NCBI GenBank assembly: GCA_963710755.1
Contig: CAVQBK010000001.1
Coordinates: 96,001 to 160,000 of the forward strand
DNA length: 64,000 nucleotides
Origin: an uncultured bacterium
GTDB taxonomy: Bacteria; Oederibacteriota; JAAXVQ01; JAUVAV01
Direction of reading: 5' to 3'
Below are positions 19,205 through 34,306 of this stretch, in pieces (position 1 is the first letter of the stretch; the number at the start of each line of letters is the position of its first letter). Below the pieces are notes generated by a model. It was given only the letters and a program-made list of their open reading frames with translations. It was not told the DNA's origin and did no database searches. The position numbers and the translations under genes are program-made.

Positions 19205-19225
19205 TGACACGGGGGCAGTAATCGT

Positions 19226-19624
19226 ATGAAGAAAAAAATTATTTTCATTGAGGATGAAGAAGATCTTAGAAATGCCGTGAAATTTATTCTGGAAGCCGAG
19301 AATTATGAGTTTTATGGTGCAGCCAACGGCCCCGAAGGTATTGCCAAGATCACTAAATATAATATTGACTTGATGTTGCTCGATATCATGATGCCGGGTA
19401 TGGATGGGTTTGAGGTATGCCGGGCTATCAAGAGCGAACCTGCCATTGATCTGCCGGTGGTGTTCGTATCTGCCAAAACGGAAGCTACCGATATTGCCCG
19501 CGGATTTGCGCTGGGTGCTGACGATTACATCATCAAACCTTTTGATCCTAATGACTTGGTCACCCGTATCAAGAAAGTGTTTCAAAAATACGAAGAAAAA
19601 AACCGCTATAATAAACAAACCTAA
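19226..19624 (+). CDS. Single-domain response regulator
   Basis: IEDE, LLDIMMPGMDG, ADDYIIKPF. Confidence 0.9.
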   Translation: MKKKIIFIEDEEDLRNAVKFILEAENYEFYGAANGPEGIAKITKYNIDLMLLDIMMPGMDGFEVCRAIKSEPAIDLPVVFVSAKTEATDIARGFALGADDYIIKPFDPNDLVTRIKKVFQKYEEKNRYNKQT

Positions 19625-20031
19625 TGCTTGATGGAACCAGCCCTTTGACCTGCCCAACATCCCAAAGCCCTGCAGGTTATGATTCCTTATCCAACAACTT
19701 CATTTACACAAACGCTAATTTCAAAAAAAAGGATCATTATTGTTTAGGTTATTCTTGTTGCGGAAAGGGCGATTTCCTTCTCCCATTTCCCGGGAATTGG
19801 GGAAAGGGAGCATAAGACTTAGGTTTTAAAGATAATCCTTCACCTCCATCCCCGTGGGATGCCCGCTGCAAGAGTATCTCACCAGAGGAGAGGCATATTA
19901 TATTAAGATCGAAAAGATCTGTTTTCGCAACAGGAACTGGATAGGCCAGGTGATGGCATCTTTCTAATAAGTCCGGGATAACCGGCTGGTGCGGCCAAAT
20001 TGAATTGATCAAATGATTGAAGGATAAGGCG

Positions 20032-20484
20032 ATGAAAGTCTTGGTTCAACGCGTTTTATCGGCTAAAGTGGAAGTGCATGGCCGGTTGGTTGCCGCTATA
20101 GATCAAGGGCTGTTGGTTTTCCTGGGCGTGGGTCGTGAAGACGGAGCCCAAGACTGCGACCTACTCATTGACAAATTGTTGCATCTGAGGGTTTTCGAAG
20201 ACCAAACAGGCCGGATGAATTTTTCTCTTGTCGATAAACAGTTGGATATTTTAGTCGTGCCTCAGTTTACGCTGATGGCTTCCTGCCGTAAGGGCCGGCG
20301 TCCTGACTTTACCCAGGCGGCGGAACCTGCAAGGGGAGAGGCTATGTTTGGACGGTTTATAACCGGTTTAAAAGCGCGTTGGAATAAAGTGGAACAAGGT
20401 ATATTCAAGGCAAGCATGCAGGTCACTTTAGTAAATGATGGTCCTGTTACCCTAATGATTGACTCCAAGGATTTTTTGAAATGA
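20032..20484 (+). CDS. dtd: D-aminoacyl-tRNA deacylase
   Basis: MKVLVQRV, QFTL, KGRRPDF, NDGPVT. Confidence 0.95.
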   Translation: MKVLVQRVLSAKVEVHGRLVAAIDQGLLVFLGVGREDGAQDCDLLIDKLLHLRVFEDQTGRMNFSLVDKQLDILVVPQFTLMASCRKGRRPDFTQAAEPARGEAMFGRFITGLKARWNKVEQGIFKASMQVTLVNDGPVTLMIDSKDFLK

Positions 20485-21626
20485 GTTTAAACGACAATAT
20501 TACCCTTTTACATACCGCCGATGTTCACCTGGGCGCTAAGTTCTTAGGCTTGGGGGGAAAAGGCAAAGAGCAGCGAGATCAAATCCGAACCACCTTTGGT
20601 GTAGTTATCAACTTGGCTGTGCAGAAAAAAGTGGATGCCTTATTGTTGGCCGGTGATACTTTTGATTCCAACAAACCCTCGCCCGAATCTCTGGACTGTT
20701 TCCGGCAGGGCATGCAACTTTTGGCTGAGCATCACATCCCTACGTTGATTATAGGTGGTACTCACGACTGCCTGAATCAAGAATCGGTCCTGAAAGAACT
20801 TTGCCAGGACATGCCACAAACCCTGATCCTTTTGGAAAAAACCAGGCCGTGGTGGCGGCACCCCCTTAAAGATATTTGTATTTACGGGGTTTCCCAGGAA
20901 CAAGCGGATTATCCACTTGATCCCGGCCGCGTTTTGGCTGAGTTGGAAAAGCAAAAGGCGCGCTGGCACGTAGGCATACTGCATGCGGCTTTGGAACTAC
21001 AATACCATCGCGGACAAGAAGCGGTGATTACCAAAACTGACATTGAAAACAGCCAAATGCACTATTTGGCGCTTGGTCATTGGCATAATAAAATGGATGC
21101 TTCCCGCGGAAATACCAGCTGCTGGTATCCCGGATCGCCCGAAATGGTAGCCCTCGATGAAAAAGACCGGGGTCAAGTATTACTGGTGCAGTTGGATGGA
21201 TCAGGGAAAATTGAAGTGGTGCCTCAAGAGGTGGGAAAACGGCAGAAAAAAACGGTGACGATCGATTGGAGTGCCCAGACCTCTGATGAGCTAATCAAGG
21301 AAGTGGCCCTGGAAGCGGATTCTGATAGGGTGCTGGAATTGATTTTGACCGGTCAGGTGAATCCGGAAGAAGCCGTGCAGGACCGTGACTTACTAGAGAA
21401 ACTGGAACCTCTTTTTTTTCATATCAGTCTTAAAAACCGAACTCATCCCAGGCTTGGTGAAGAAGAACTGAAGCGTTTTCATGAGAAAACGGTGATTGGA
21501 ACTTTTGTCCGCCAGATTCAGCAAGATATGATCCAAGCTGATGAACATCGTCGCAAGCTCCTGGAAGAAGCCATGCAAATGGGTGTGCAGTTATTGACCG
21601 GCAAGGACGTGGCGCCATGGTCCTGA
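20481..21626 (+). CDS. SbcD/Mre11-like metallophosphoesterase (DNA repair exonuclease)
   Basis: HTADVHLG, LAGDTFD, GTHD, YLALGHWH, YPGSPE. Confidence 0.88.
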   Translation: MSLNDNITLLHTADVHLGAKFLGLGGKGKEQRDQIRTTFGVVINLAVQKKVDALLLAGDTFDSNKPSPESLDCFRQGMQLLAEHHIPTLIIGGTHDCLNQESVLKELCQDMPQTLILLEKTRPWWRHPLKDICIYGVSQEQADYPLDPGRVLAELEKQKARWHVGILHAALELQYHRGQEAVITKTDIENSQMHYLALGHWHNKMDASRGNTSCWYPGSPEMVALDEKDRGQVLLVQLDGSGKIEVVPQEVGKRQKKTVTIDWSAQTSDELIKEVALEADSDRVLELILTGQVNPEEAVQDRDLLEKLEPLFFHISLKNRTHPRLGEEELKRFHEKTVIGTFVRQIQQDMIQADEHRRKLLEEAMQMGVQLLTGKDVAPWS

Positions 21627-23671
21627 CAGAATTGGAGATGGAAAATTTCAAACGTTTTCGCCACAAAAAAATCTTGTTCAAACCGGGGTTGAATGTAATC
21701 AGCGGGCCGAATGAAGCAGGGAAGAGTACCATACGCGCAGCGATTACGGTGGCGCTCTTTGAAAATCCATTAAGTTCCAAAGAAAGCTTGAAACGGTACC
21801 AATCCTGGCAGGTGCCGGGGTTGTTCCAACTGGTGCTAGGGTACCTTGATCAGGCCGGCCGGCCCTGCCGATTGGAGAAAAATTTCGAGGACAAGAAAAT
21901 GCTGTTGGAATGTGATCGGGAGCGTTTTAAAATTCCTAAGAGTATGCAACAGAAAGTGCATGATACTATTGGGCTGGACACCGTGGAATTTTTCAATCTC
22001 ACTTCTTCTTTGGATATTCGATCTTTGGACAATCTGGGTAATGGTGCTAATCGTAAACAGGTGGCTCAAAGAATATCCGGGCTGATGAGCGGCACCGAAT
22101 CGGGCCAGGATGTGGTGAGTGCTATTAGGAAGATCAGTGAAGCACTTAAGGAATTGCAAAAAGGATTGAAAAGTCAAGCTAAAATACCGGGTGCTTTGAA
22201 AGCCGCGCAAGATCGAAAAATCAGTCTCTTGGCGGCCTTGCAGGAGCAAAAGAAAGCTCTGACGGTCAGAAGCGGTCATTTGCAAGAACGGTTCAAGCTG
22301 GAAAGTGAATGGTCAGGCAATGAAAGTGAACGAGAAAATCTGCAGCACTTGGTTGATGTCAATCAGCGCTTGGCCAACCTTCGTCAGCGACAAGAAGAGT
22401 TGACGGTTCAGGAACGCGACTATGAACAAAGATCGCAACAGCGACGTGAGCTGGAACAAACCTATGAGACGTTGAGTCAACAAGTGGATCAGGAGCCCTT
22501 GCTTGGCCTGGCCGCAGGCCAACTAGACCAATTGCTTGAAGCACAAGCCCGGCTACATGTGTTGGAGGACTCCACCCAACCGGCTTTGCCTTTGTCTCCG
22601 CAACGTCCAAGACTATATAGAGGGACGAGCCTGATGACTATTCTGGCCGGGTTGGGCTTGTTGTTCTGGAATTGGCCGATAGGGTTGATTATGGCGGCGA
22701 TAGGTGTTTGGTTGCTGGTAAGAACAGAAACCCAATATAAGCAGCAATGCCAAAACTTTAGGAAAGTCATGGAAGAACAAACGGCGTTGCGAGAGGAAAA
22801 AGAGAAACTGGAAAAATTTATTCATCAATGGGAAATGCAAGTGGGGCCGGTGAAACAGGGAGATCTTAGAACGCGCTGGCAGAATGCACAAAGTCTCAAG
22901 ACGAAATTTGAAACCTTGAAAGAACAATTGGCTAAAACACCGGGAGTAGATGAAAAGCGGTGGGAAAGTGTGCGTCGCGAGCTACGGTTGACGAATGACG
23001 AACTGCACGATCCTGGCTTGACGGGGTTGGTGCTGGAACCGGAAAAATTGATGGCACAAAAGCGCCGGTTGGCTCAATTGGAAACACAAAAATCTCAATT
23101 GCACGATCGGCTTGCTCATTTGGAAGCCCTCCTCAATCATGAATCATCCCATCAAGAAAAACTGAGCGAGATGGAAGAATCCTTGGAAAGGTTGAATAAT
23201 CGTATTGCTTATTTACAGGAGCGGGAACAAGTATGTCAAATAACTTTGACTTATCTTGAGAAAGCCCGCCGCGACACCATGAATCCGGCCCGCCTGGTTT
23301 TGGAACATCGCGCCGGGGAACTCATGGGCTTGTTTACAGAAGGAAAATACGAGCAAATTGCCATTAGCGATGAGGATTTGACCAGCCAAGTTCATATGAA
23401 GGAAACCGACCGCTGGGAAGCGCCGGAGGTGCTCTCGCAAGGAACTTTTGATCAACTATATTTGAGTCTTCGTTTGGCTTTGTCGGAAATATTAACCGGC
23501 GGTCGAAAACCCCCGTTACTATTGGATGAACCATTAAGTGCTTTTGATAAACAGCGCTTTCAGGCGGCATTACAAAGTTTGAGAAAAATAGCCCGCCAGC
23601 GGCAGATTATTATTTTTACCTGTCGTGATGAATATAATGCAGCGGCTGATCATGTGATCACTTTAAGTTAA
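21617..23671 (+). CDS. SbcC/Rad50-like (YhaN-type) coiled-coil ATPase with central hydrophobic segment
   Basis: GPNEAGKST, LSQGTFDQLYLSLRLA, LLLDE, FTC. Confidence 0.88.
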   Translation: MVLTELEMENFKRFRHKKILFKPGLNVISGPNEAGKSTIRAAITVALFENPLSSKESLKRYQSWQVPGLFQLVLGYLDQAGRPCRLEKNFEDKKMLLECDRERFKIPKSMQQKVHDTIGLDTVEFFNLTSSLDIRSLDNLGNGANRKQVAQRISGLMSGTESGQDVVSAIRKISEALKELQKGLKSQAKIPGALKAAQDRKISLLAALQEQKKALTVRSGHLQERFKLESEWSGNESERENLQHLVDVNQRLANLRQRQEELTVQERDYEQRSQQRRELEQTYETLSQQVDQEPLLGLAAGQLDQLLEAQARLHVLEDSTQPALPLSPQRPRLYRGTSLMTILAGLGLLFWNWPIGLIMAAIGVWLLVRTETQYKQQCQNFRKVMEEQTALREEKEKLEKFIHQWEMQVGPVKQGDLRTRWQNAQSLKTKFETLKEQLAKTPGVDEKRWESVRRELRLTNDELHDPGLTGLVLEPEKLMAQKRRLAQLETQKSQLHDRLAHLEALLNHESSHQEKLSEMEESLERLNNRIAYLQEREQVCQITLTYLEKARRDTMNPARLVLEHRAGELMGLFTEGKYEQIAISDEDLTSQVHMKETDRWEAPEVLSQGTFDQLYLSLRLALSEILTGGRKPPLLLDEPLSAFDKQRFQAALQSLRKIARQRQIIIFTCRDEYNAAADHVITLS

Positions 23672-23691
23672 AAACTGGAGGAAGATCAATT

Positions 23692-24591
23692 ATGAGGGAA
23701 ACCATCACGATTTTTATATGTGCGGTCATCTTTATTGTGGCCTTGCAAACGGGATTGGTGAGAACCGGTTTGGATTATGAGACATTGAAGAATGCCAACC
23801 AAAATTTGAAAACCACCAATGACCGTCTGACGGAAGAAGTTGAAAAAATTAAAAACGGCTCGAGTCAAGATGCGGTGCTGGAACAAAACGACCAGGCTGT
23901 GAAAGAGGCCTTGCAATCATTGGAACAAAGTCTTATGTCTAACGTTGAAAAAGGGGAAGTGGAGCTTTTTTTAAGAAAAGGACAACCGGTGGTAAAATTG
24001 TATGAAAGTACCCTATTTGACGGAAAAAACACAGTGCTGTCCGAAGAGGGTAAAAAAATTCTATTAAAAATGGTTGGTATATTTAGTAAATTTCCCGATG
24101 AACAAGTACAAATCACCACCTATACGAATACCGGGAAAATTATGCCCCCTTGGAGTACATGGGCTCGTTCCCATCGCTGGCTGGGAGCTTTGCAAGGGGC
24201 CGTCGTGGCCGATTGGCTGCAACAGGAGGCTGGTGTGGATCCAGCCCGGCTGATGACGGCAACTTACGGATATGCCCGGCCAAGCGTAAAAAACAATTCT
24301 GCCTCCAATCGTCGTAAAAATCAATTCCTGGAGGTGACCTTAGTCGCCACTGACCTGCAAGCGTTGGAGCAGGCCAGAGAAATATTAAATAATGAAAAAC
24401 TGCCGCCGCTTTCAACCAACGCCGTGGTCGCACCACCGACGATCAACAAAAAAAGCAAGCGGTCCGCCCAACCAGCTGTGACCTCGGCACCTGAGGTGAC
24501 TGAGGAAGAAGCGATTGGTGAAGAAGCCTTGGATAAATTGGATGAAAACGAATTTGATGCAGGCTATGAGTTGCCTGACCAAGCACAATAA
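23692..24591 (+). CDS. MotB/OmpA-like protein with degenerate peptidoglycan-binding motifs
   Basis: N-terminal TM, coiled coil, LFDG...LSEEG, GVDPARL...YGYARP. Confidence 0.7.
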   Translation: MRETITIFICAVIFIVALQTGLVRTGLDYETLKNANQNLKTTNDRLTEEVEKIKNGSSQDAVLEQNDQAVKEALQSLEQSLMSNVEKGEVELFLRKGQPVVKLYESTLFDGKNTVLSEEGKKILLKMVGIFSKFPDEQVQITTYTNTGKIMPPWSTWARSHRWLGALQGAVVADWLQQEAGVDPARLMTATYGYARPSVKNNSASNRRKNQFLEVTLVATDLQALEQAREILNNEKLPPLSTNAVVAPPTINKKSKRSAQPAVTSAPEVTEEEAIGEEALDKLDENEFDAGYELPDQAQ

Positions 24592-24641
24592 GCACAGTCC
24601 AAGTACGTAAGATGAGAAATAAACCTTAGGGGAGAACCAAA

Positions 24642-25010
24642 TTGTTGAAAATAAAAAAGGAAATTTCTTCCAAACAAAAAGCCTTGTTGATGGTTTATGC
24701 CATCATGGAAAAAAAGGGCATTAACCCTGTCATCATCGATATCTCAACCTTGTCAAGTCTGGCCGATTATTTTGTTATTGCTTCCGGTAAAACTGAAATT
24801 CAAGTTAGAGCCATTACTCAGGAAATGGAACGGTTGTGCCGGGAAGAGTCTATTAAAATATATCGCCAAGAAGGGATGGGCAACTGGACATGGGTATTAT
24901 TGGACCTGGATGATGTTATAGTCCATATTTTTAAAGATAGTGACCGTCATTACTATGATTTGGAATCACTTTGGAAAATGGCACCGCGGTTGTCTGTGCC
25001 GGAATTGTGA
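24642..25010 (+). CDS. rsfS: Ribosome silencing factor
   Basis: ADYFVIASG, WVLLDLDDVIVHIF, RHYYDLESLW. Confidence 0.95.
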   Translation: MLKIKKEISSKQKALLMVYAIMEKKGINPVIIDISTLSSLADYFVIASGKTEIQVRAITQEMERLCREESIKIYRQEGMGNWTWVLLDLDDVIVHIFKDSDRHYYDLESLWKMAPRLSVPEL

Positions 25011-25019
25011 CGGTGGTCG

Positions 25020-25790
25020 ATGCCTCTAATCACGCTTACCACTGATTTCGGGGTACGAGATCCATACGTTGGGGAAGTAAAAGGTGTGATTTATAGCCAT
25101 TGTCCATCTGCGGCCATGGTGGACATCACTCATGAAATCAAGCCCTATGATTGCCTGTTGGCCGGACATACCCTAAATAAAGTGCATAGGTCCTTTCCTG
25201 AAGGGAGTATTCATCTTTGCGCTGTAGGTGATGCCAAGAGAGGTATTATTGTCAAATATCGAGGCCAATTGTTTGTGGCTCCTGATAATGGTGTTTTAAC
25301 GCCGTTTTTTAAAAAAAAACGAATACAAGTGCTGGCTTTGAAGAGGAAAACTAAAAATGACTTTTTCCAAGCCCGCGATATTCTTGCACCCGCCGCTGGG
25401 CGCCTGGCGTTCGGTCGAAAGCCGGAAACGCTAGCGCAACCGGTATCTTGTTTCACAACCTTATCCCAAGCCAAACCGGCATGGCAAGGTCGGAAAAAAG
25501 AAGTTAAAGGCCAAGCCATGGTCATTGACCGGTTTGGTAATGTGGAAACCAATATTCCCGCGGTTATGTTAATTAAGTTTAAAAACCCCGAGGTCGTGTG
25601 GGGTAAACAAGTGATTACACGCTTCTATAAAAATTATCATGCCATGCCCCCAAAACAGCCGGGATTTATTGTTAATTGTTATGGTTATGTGGAATTGACT
25701 CTGAAGCACGAAGCACTTGCCTCTATTTGGGAAATAATGCCCGGTGAGAGGATTATCGTGAGGGAAAAATACAATAATGTATCAATTTAA
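25020..25790 (+). CDS. DUF62 / SAM hydrolase-halogenase family protein
   Basis: ITLTTDFG..DPYVG..KGVI, VDITH, APDNG, IDRFGN. Confidence 0.88.
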   Translation: MPLITLTTDFGVRDPYVGEVKGVIYSHCPSAAMVDITHEIKPYDCLLAGHTLNKVHRSFPEGSIHLCAVGDAKRGIIVKYRGQLFVAPDNGVLTPFFKKKRIQVLALKRKTKNDFFQARDILAPAAGRLAFGRKPETLAQPVSCFTTLSQAKPAWQGRKKEVKGQAMVIDRFGNVETNIPAVMLIKFKNPEVVWGKQVITRFYKNYHAMPPKQPGFIVNCYGYVELTLKHEALASIWEIMPGERIIVREKYNNVSI

Positions 25791-25877
25791 CCATGTTCCT
25801 TGACTTTGGCCGCATATTTGCGATAATAATAATATAGTAGAATGTAAAGCAAAAGATGTTTATTTTGGCCAAGGTGA

Positions 25878-28154
25878 GTGGGAATGACGGCTCATGAAAT
25901 GGTGCTTTCTCAAGCACGACAGGATATTAATTGGCGATGGTGGTCCTTGGCCAGCCTTTTAGGGGTAATGGTTGCGTTTAATCACCCTAGCTCTTCCTTG
26001 CGCTATTGGCCCTTGGTGACGGTTTTTGGATTAAGCATGGCCTACAATTTTTTGCTTGCTTTGCTAATTCATCACAAAATATTTTCCCGCCTTTTTTCCT
26101 TTGTTGAGATCCTCGTCGACCTCTGTTTGATCAGTGTGTTGGTTTATTACACAGGTGGCGTTTTCAAGAGCGCCTTTTTTTTATTATTTCCCCTCACGAT
26201 TGTATTAAGAACCATTAAATTTCAACGCCTTCAAATCTTGATTGCCACAGTCGGAGCCGTAACGGCAGCGCTTGTTTTAACCGGGATTTCCTCGGGTCAA
26301 ATCAACTGGTATCAACTGTTTGATAAACTATTCCTACTGGCAGGTCTTGGACTAATCGGTACTTTCTTGATTGGGTCAAACCAGCGCACCCTCAGACACC
26401 ATGAAAAAACAACCTTGGAGAAGATTTCGGTCGCTGACACGCTGGAAAGAGAAAACGAGAAATTAAAACAAAATATTGCCATGTCGACAGAGCGTCTTCA
26501 GGACGTGACCATCACTATCATGAAGAAAAATTTAGCCTTGATGGCCTTCCAGGAAATTTATTCGGCGATGAGCACCACCAACAACCCCAGGCGGCTGTTA
26601 AACTTGGTGATTGATACGGCCATGTCCTTGCTGCAAGGCACTGCCGGATGCTTGATGCTGACGGATGAGACTACAAATAAATTGCGCATTCGCGTTGCCC
26701 GTGGCATGAGCCCTAAACTAATCAGAACCATCCATCCCAAACTCAACGATGGCGTCGAGGGGGAAGTACTTCAGAACAGCAAGAAAATATTTTTTAGAGA
26801 CCTCTCCGTCACGGGTTATAAACCGCTTTTGGCCCCCTTGGGCCGGAGTAAACTATGTGTACCCATTGTCCTTAAAAACAAACCGATCGGCGTACTCTCG
26901 GTGGAAAAGGATGTGCCAGAAGCTTATACCGATACCGATCTTGAACTCATGTCCATTCTTGCAGCCCAGACGGCCGAGGTACTGCAGAATATCGAAATAT
27001 ACCAGGAAATGCAGCATAAAGCCGAAGGTTTGGAATTACTTTTTGACGTCAATAAAAATATCGGCACTGTTTACAACCTACGCAAACTTTTTGAAACAGT
27101 TTTGGAAAGAGCCATGCAAGTGATGAAGGCCAAACGCGGATCGTTGTTGATATACGAAAAACTCAATGATGAATTGGTGGTGCGTGCGTCTATTGGACTG
27201 AATAACAACTCCACATCTCCTATTACGGCCAGCACCGCAAGCGGAATAGCCGGCTGGGTTTATCAAAATGTCAAACCACTCTTGATTCGATCAGTGGAGA
27301 ACAGTTCTTATTTTGACCGGGAAAATGATGAGGCCTATGCGGGTAAGGATCTTATTGCTTGTCCGTTAAATATCCGCAAAAAAGTTTTCGGTGTTATTTG
27401 TTTGAACGATCGTCAGGGCGGTAAGCATTTTACTAAGGATGACTTGGCCTTGTTGGGAGCCTTGGCTTCACAAGCCGCCATAGCCATTGAAAATGTGGAA
27501 CTATATGCCAGCATCCGGCGGGATTATATTAATGCAGTAAAAGCATTAGCCGCCGCGGTCGATGCCAAGGATCACTATACCCATGGGCATTCAAACAAAG
27601 TTATGGCGTACTCCGCCATTATTGCCCGGGAATTGGGGATGGGTGACAAAGAAGTGGAAAAGATTAGTTATGGTGCCCTTTTACATGACGTGGGTAAAAT
27701 TGGCATTTCGGAAAGCCTTTTAAACAAGCCTTCGCGCTTAACACCAAAAGAATTTGATACGATAGCCATGCATCCCATTCTGGGCGTATCGATCGTGCAA
27801 AATATCGAATCGTTACGTGACTTGATCCCCACCATTCTCTATCATCATGAGCGATACAATGGTGGCGGTTATCCGGAAGGAAAGATGGGCAATACTATCC
27901 CGTTGGGAGCCAGGATTGTAGCAGTAGCCGATGCCTGGGATGTCATGACTTCTGACCGAGCCTACCGCAAAGCGTTGCCTATCAGTGTGGCTGTGGCTGA
28001 ATTAAAAAAATGTTCCAATACCCAATTTGATCCCGAACTGGTAGAATTGTTTTTAACGGCATTGAAGAAAAATGAGAAAATCGAACCGTTTAAAGAAGAG
28101 GAAACTACGGATTTGGTCTGGGATGAAGAGGGTATGGGGTGGATGATGGATTAG
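25878..28154 (+). CDS. Membrane-bound GAF-GAF-HD-GYP phosphodiesterase
   Basis: About 5 N-terminal TM helices, two GAF domains, LLHDVGK, HHERYNGGGYP. Confidence 0.92.
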   Translation: MGMTAHEMVLSQARQDINWRWWSLASLLGVMVAFNHPSSSLRYWPLVTVFGLSMAYNFLLALLIHHKIFSRLFSFVEILVDLCLISVLVYYTGGVFKSAFFLLFPLTIVLRTIKFQRLQILIATVGAVTAALVLTGISSGQINWYQLFDKLFLLAGLGLIGTFLIGSNQRTLRHHEKTTLEKISVADTLERENEKLKQNIAMSTERLQDVTITIMKKNLALMAFQEIYSAMSTTNNPRRLLNLVIDTAMSLLQGTAGCLMLTDETTNKLRIRVARGMSPKLIRTIHPKLNDGVEGEVLQNSKKIFFRDLSVTGYKPLLAPLGRSKLCVPIVLKNKPIGVLSVEKDVPEAYTDTDLELMSILAAQTAEVLQNIEIYQEMQHKAEGLELLFDVNKNIGTVYNLRKLFETVLERAMQVMKAKRGSLLIYEKLNDELVVRASIGLNNNSTSPITASTASGIAGWVYQNVKPLLIRSVENSSYFDRENDEAYAGKDLIACPLNIRKKVFGVICLNDRQGGKHFTKDDLALLGALASQAAIAIENVELYASIRRDYINAVKALAAAVDAKDHYTHGHSNKVMAYSAIIARELGMGDKEVEKISYGALLHDVGKIGISESLLNKPSRLTPKEFDTIAMHPILGVSIVQNIESLRDLIPTILYHHERYNGGGYPEGKMGNTIPLGARIVAVADAWDVMTSDRAYRKALPISVAVAELKKCSNTQFDPELVELFLTALKKNEKIEPFKEEETTDLVWDEEGMGWMMD

Positions 28155-28222
28155 TCGGGAGTGAGCCGATTTACCTGCCTTTGACCTAATGATTGTAAAA
28201 TTAAAAAAAATATAAAAATAAG

Positions 28223-28250
28223 TTGACAATAAAAAAAAACAAAGTATAAT
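28223..28250 (+). promoter_or_regulatory. rrn P1 promoter
   Basis: TTGACA-N16-TATAAT with A-rich UP element. Confidence 0.9.
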
Positions 28251-28316
28251 CCCGTTCTGTTGTCGCTGACTTGATTTTTATCCCAAAGAAAAATAAATAA
28301 AAAAATAAAAATTAAG

Positions 28317-28344
28317 TTGACAAATTTTTAAAAAAAAGTATAAT
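28317..28344 (+). promoter_or_regulatory. rrn P2 promoter
   Basis: TTGACA-N16-TATAAT with A-rich UP element; boxA-like gtccttgaaaac near 28444. Confidence 0.9.
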
Positions 28345-28541
28345 TCAATCCGCTTCAGAAGTGGCCTTGAGCCGCGGCGAAGCAAAAGATTCATAACTTT
28401 CAGGCAACTGAAACTAACGAATCATCAATGCGAGATCTCTTCGGTCCTTGAAAACTAAACAGTGAAAAGAAACAGCGAGTCCTCGTTGTAATGACGAGGT
28501 CAGATCTTAATTGATAATTGAGTAATTGAGCTATATCAAAT

Positions 28542-30116
<1,575 letters not shown>

Positions 30117-30272
30117 CATCTGCAAAGGTTAAGTCGCTTTGCAGTAATTCTGTCCATGCAAAAGCGTATCACTACGCTTTTGCCAAACAGTCTCCTAGGT
30201 CGAACTCGTTGTTCTTTTCCTGTTTAGTTTTGTGGGACCGAAACAAATCCCCTGAAGGTATGGGGTCTTTTT

Positions 30273-30349
30273 GGGCCTTTAGCTCAGTTGGTTAGAGCGC
30301 ACGCTTGATAAGCGTGAGGTCTCAGGTTCAAGCCCTGAAAGGCCCACCA
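30273..30349 (+). tRNA. tRNA-Ile(GAT)
   Basis: Cloverleaf with cacgc-ttGATaa-gcgtg anticodon arm and CCA end. Confidence 0.97.
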
Positions 30350-30391
30350 GCGAATTTTGAACAGCAAAATTCCATGTGTTAATACAAAAAC

Positions 30392-30467
30392 GGGGATGTA
30401 GCTCAGCTGGGAGAGCACCTGCCTTGCACGCAGGGGGTCAGCGGTTCGATCCCGCTCATCTCCACCA
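30392..30467 (+). tRNA. tRNA-Ala(TGC)
   Basis: Cloverleaf with cctgc-ctTGCac-gcagg anticodon arm and CCA end. Confidence 0.97.
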
Positions 30468-30739
30468 GTCTTCGTTTCTTGCGTTTGAGCGAAGGCTGAG
30501 CGTTTAAACAAATTTCAAAGGAAATAATTGTTTGGACGTAGGTTTTAAGCGTTAAATTGATTATGAATATTTAATCTCTTCGGAGATTTTAAATAGAAGT
30601 GTTAAAGTTTCAATATAGAAACCTAATACACTAAACTAGTGCTAATCGTTCTTTGACAAAATGAATACTGCAATTTCACGAGTAAGTGAAATTAAACCAT
30701 GTAATAACGTAAGTTTTTAGCTTGATTGCCATATAATAT

Positions 30740-33781
<3,042 letters not shown>

Positions 33782-33890
33782 TATTATTTGGCAGCTTAGC
33801 TATAAACTGTAGAGATTATATGTGCGGTATTCATTTTGATAAAAGACGATGACGATTATATTTCGTCAAAAAAACAACAATAATAACGCT

Positions 33891-34008
<118 letters not shown>

Positions 34009-34017
34009 TTAAATATC

Positions 34018-34055
34018 AAGCCCTCGCATCTTTTAAAGGTGCGAGGGCTTTTTTT
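34018..34055 (+). terminator. Rho-independent terminator of rrn operon
   Basis: aagccctcgcatc-ttttaaa-ggtgcgagggctt followed by a T run. Confidence 0.9.
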
Positions 34056-34306
34056 ATGAAATAGTTATCTTTTTAATTAATGGATACGTTAGTTATGCTT
34101 AGCACGTAATCAAAAATAAAAATGTTAATTAAAAGGGCTCGGTGTACTTTTATAGCTTGGAAAAAATTAAAGTTAAGTGTAAAATTTGAAACTTGAATGG
34201 TCGCGTTTTTTCTGTTTTAAATAAAGTCATCGCAGATGTGCGTATAAAAAGAATAGCAACTTAAGTGGAGTGCCTGAATCATCATTAACCTTTAAGGCGG
34301 GAGTGG

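Noticed and set aside
20481-23671. SbcD/SbcC-like pair as a novel defence system
   Set aside because: It matches the common YhaO/YhaN-type repair pair in a housekeeping context next to dtd.
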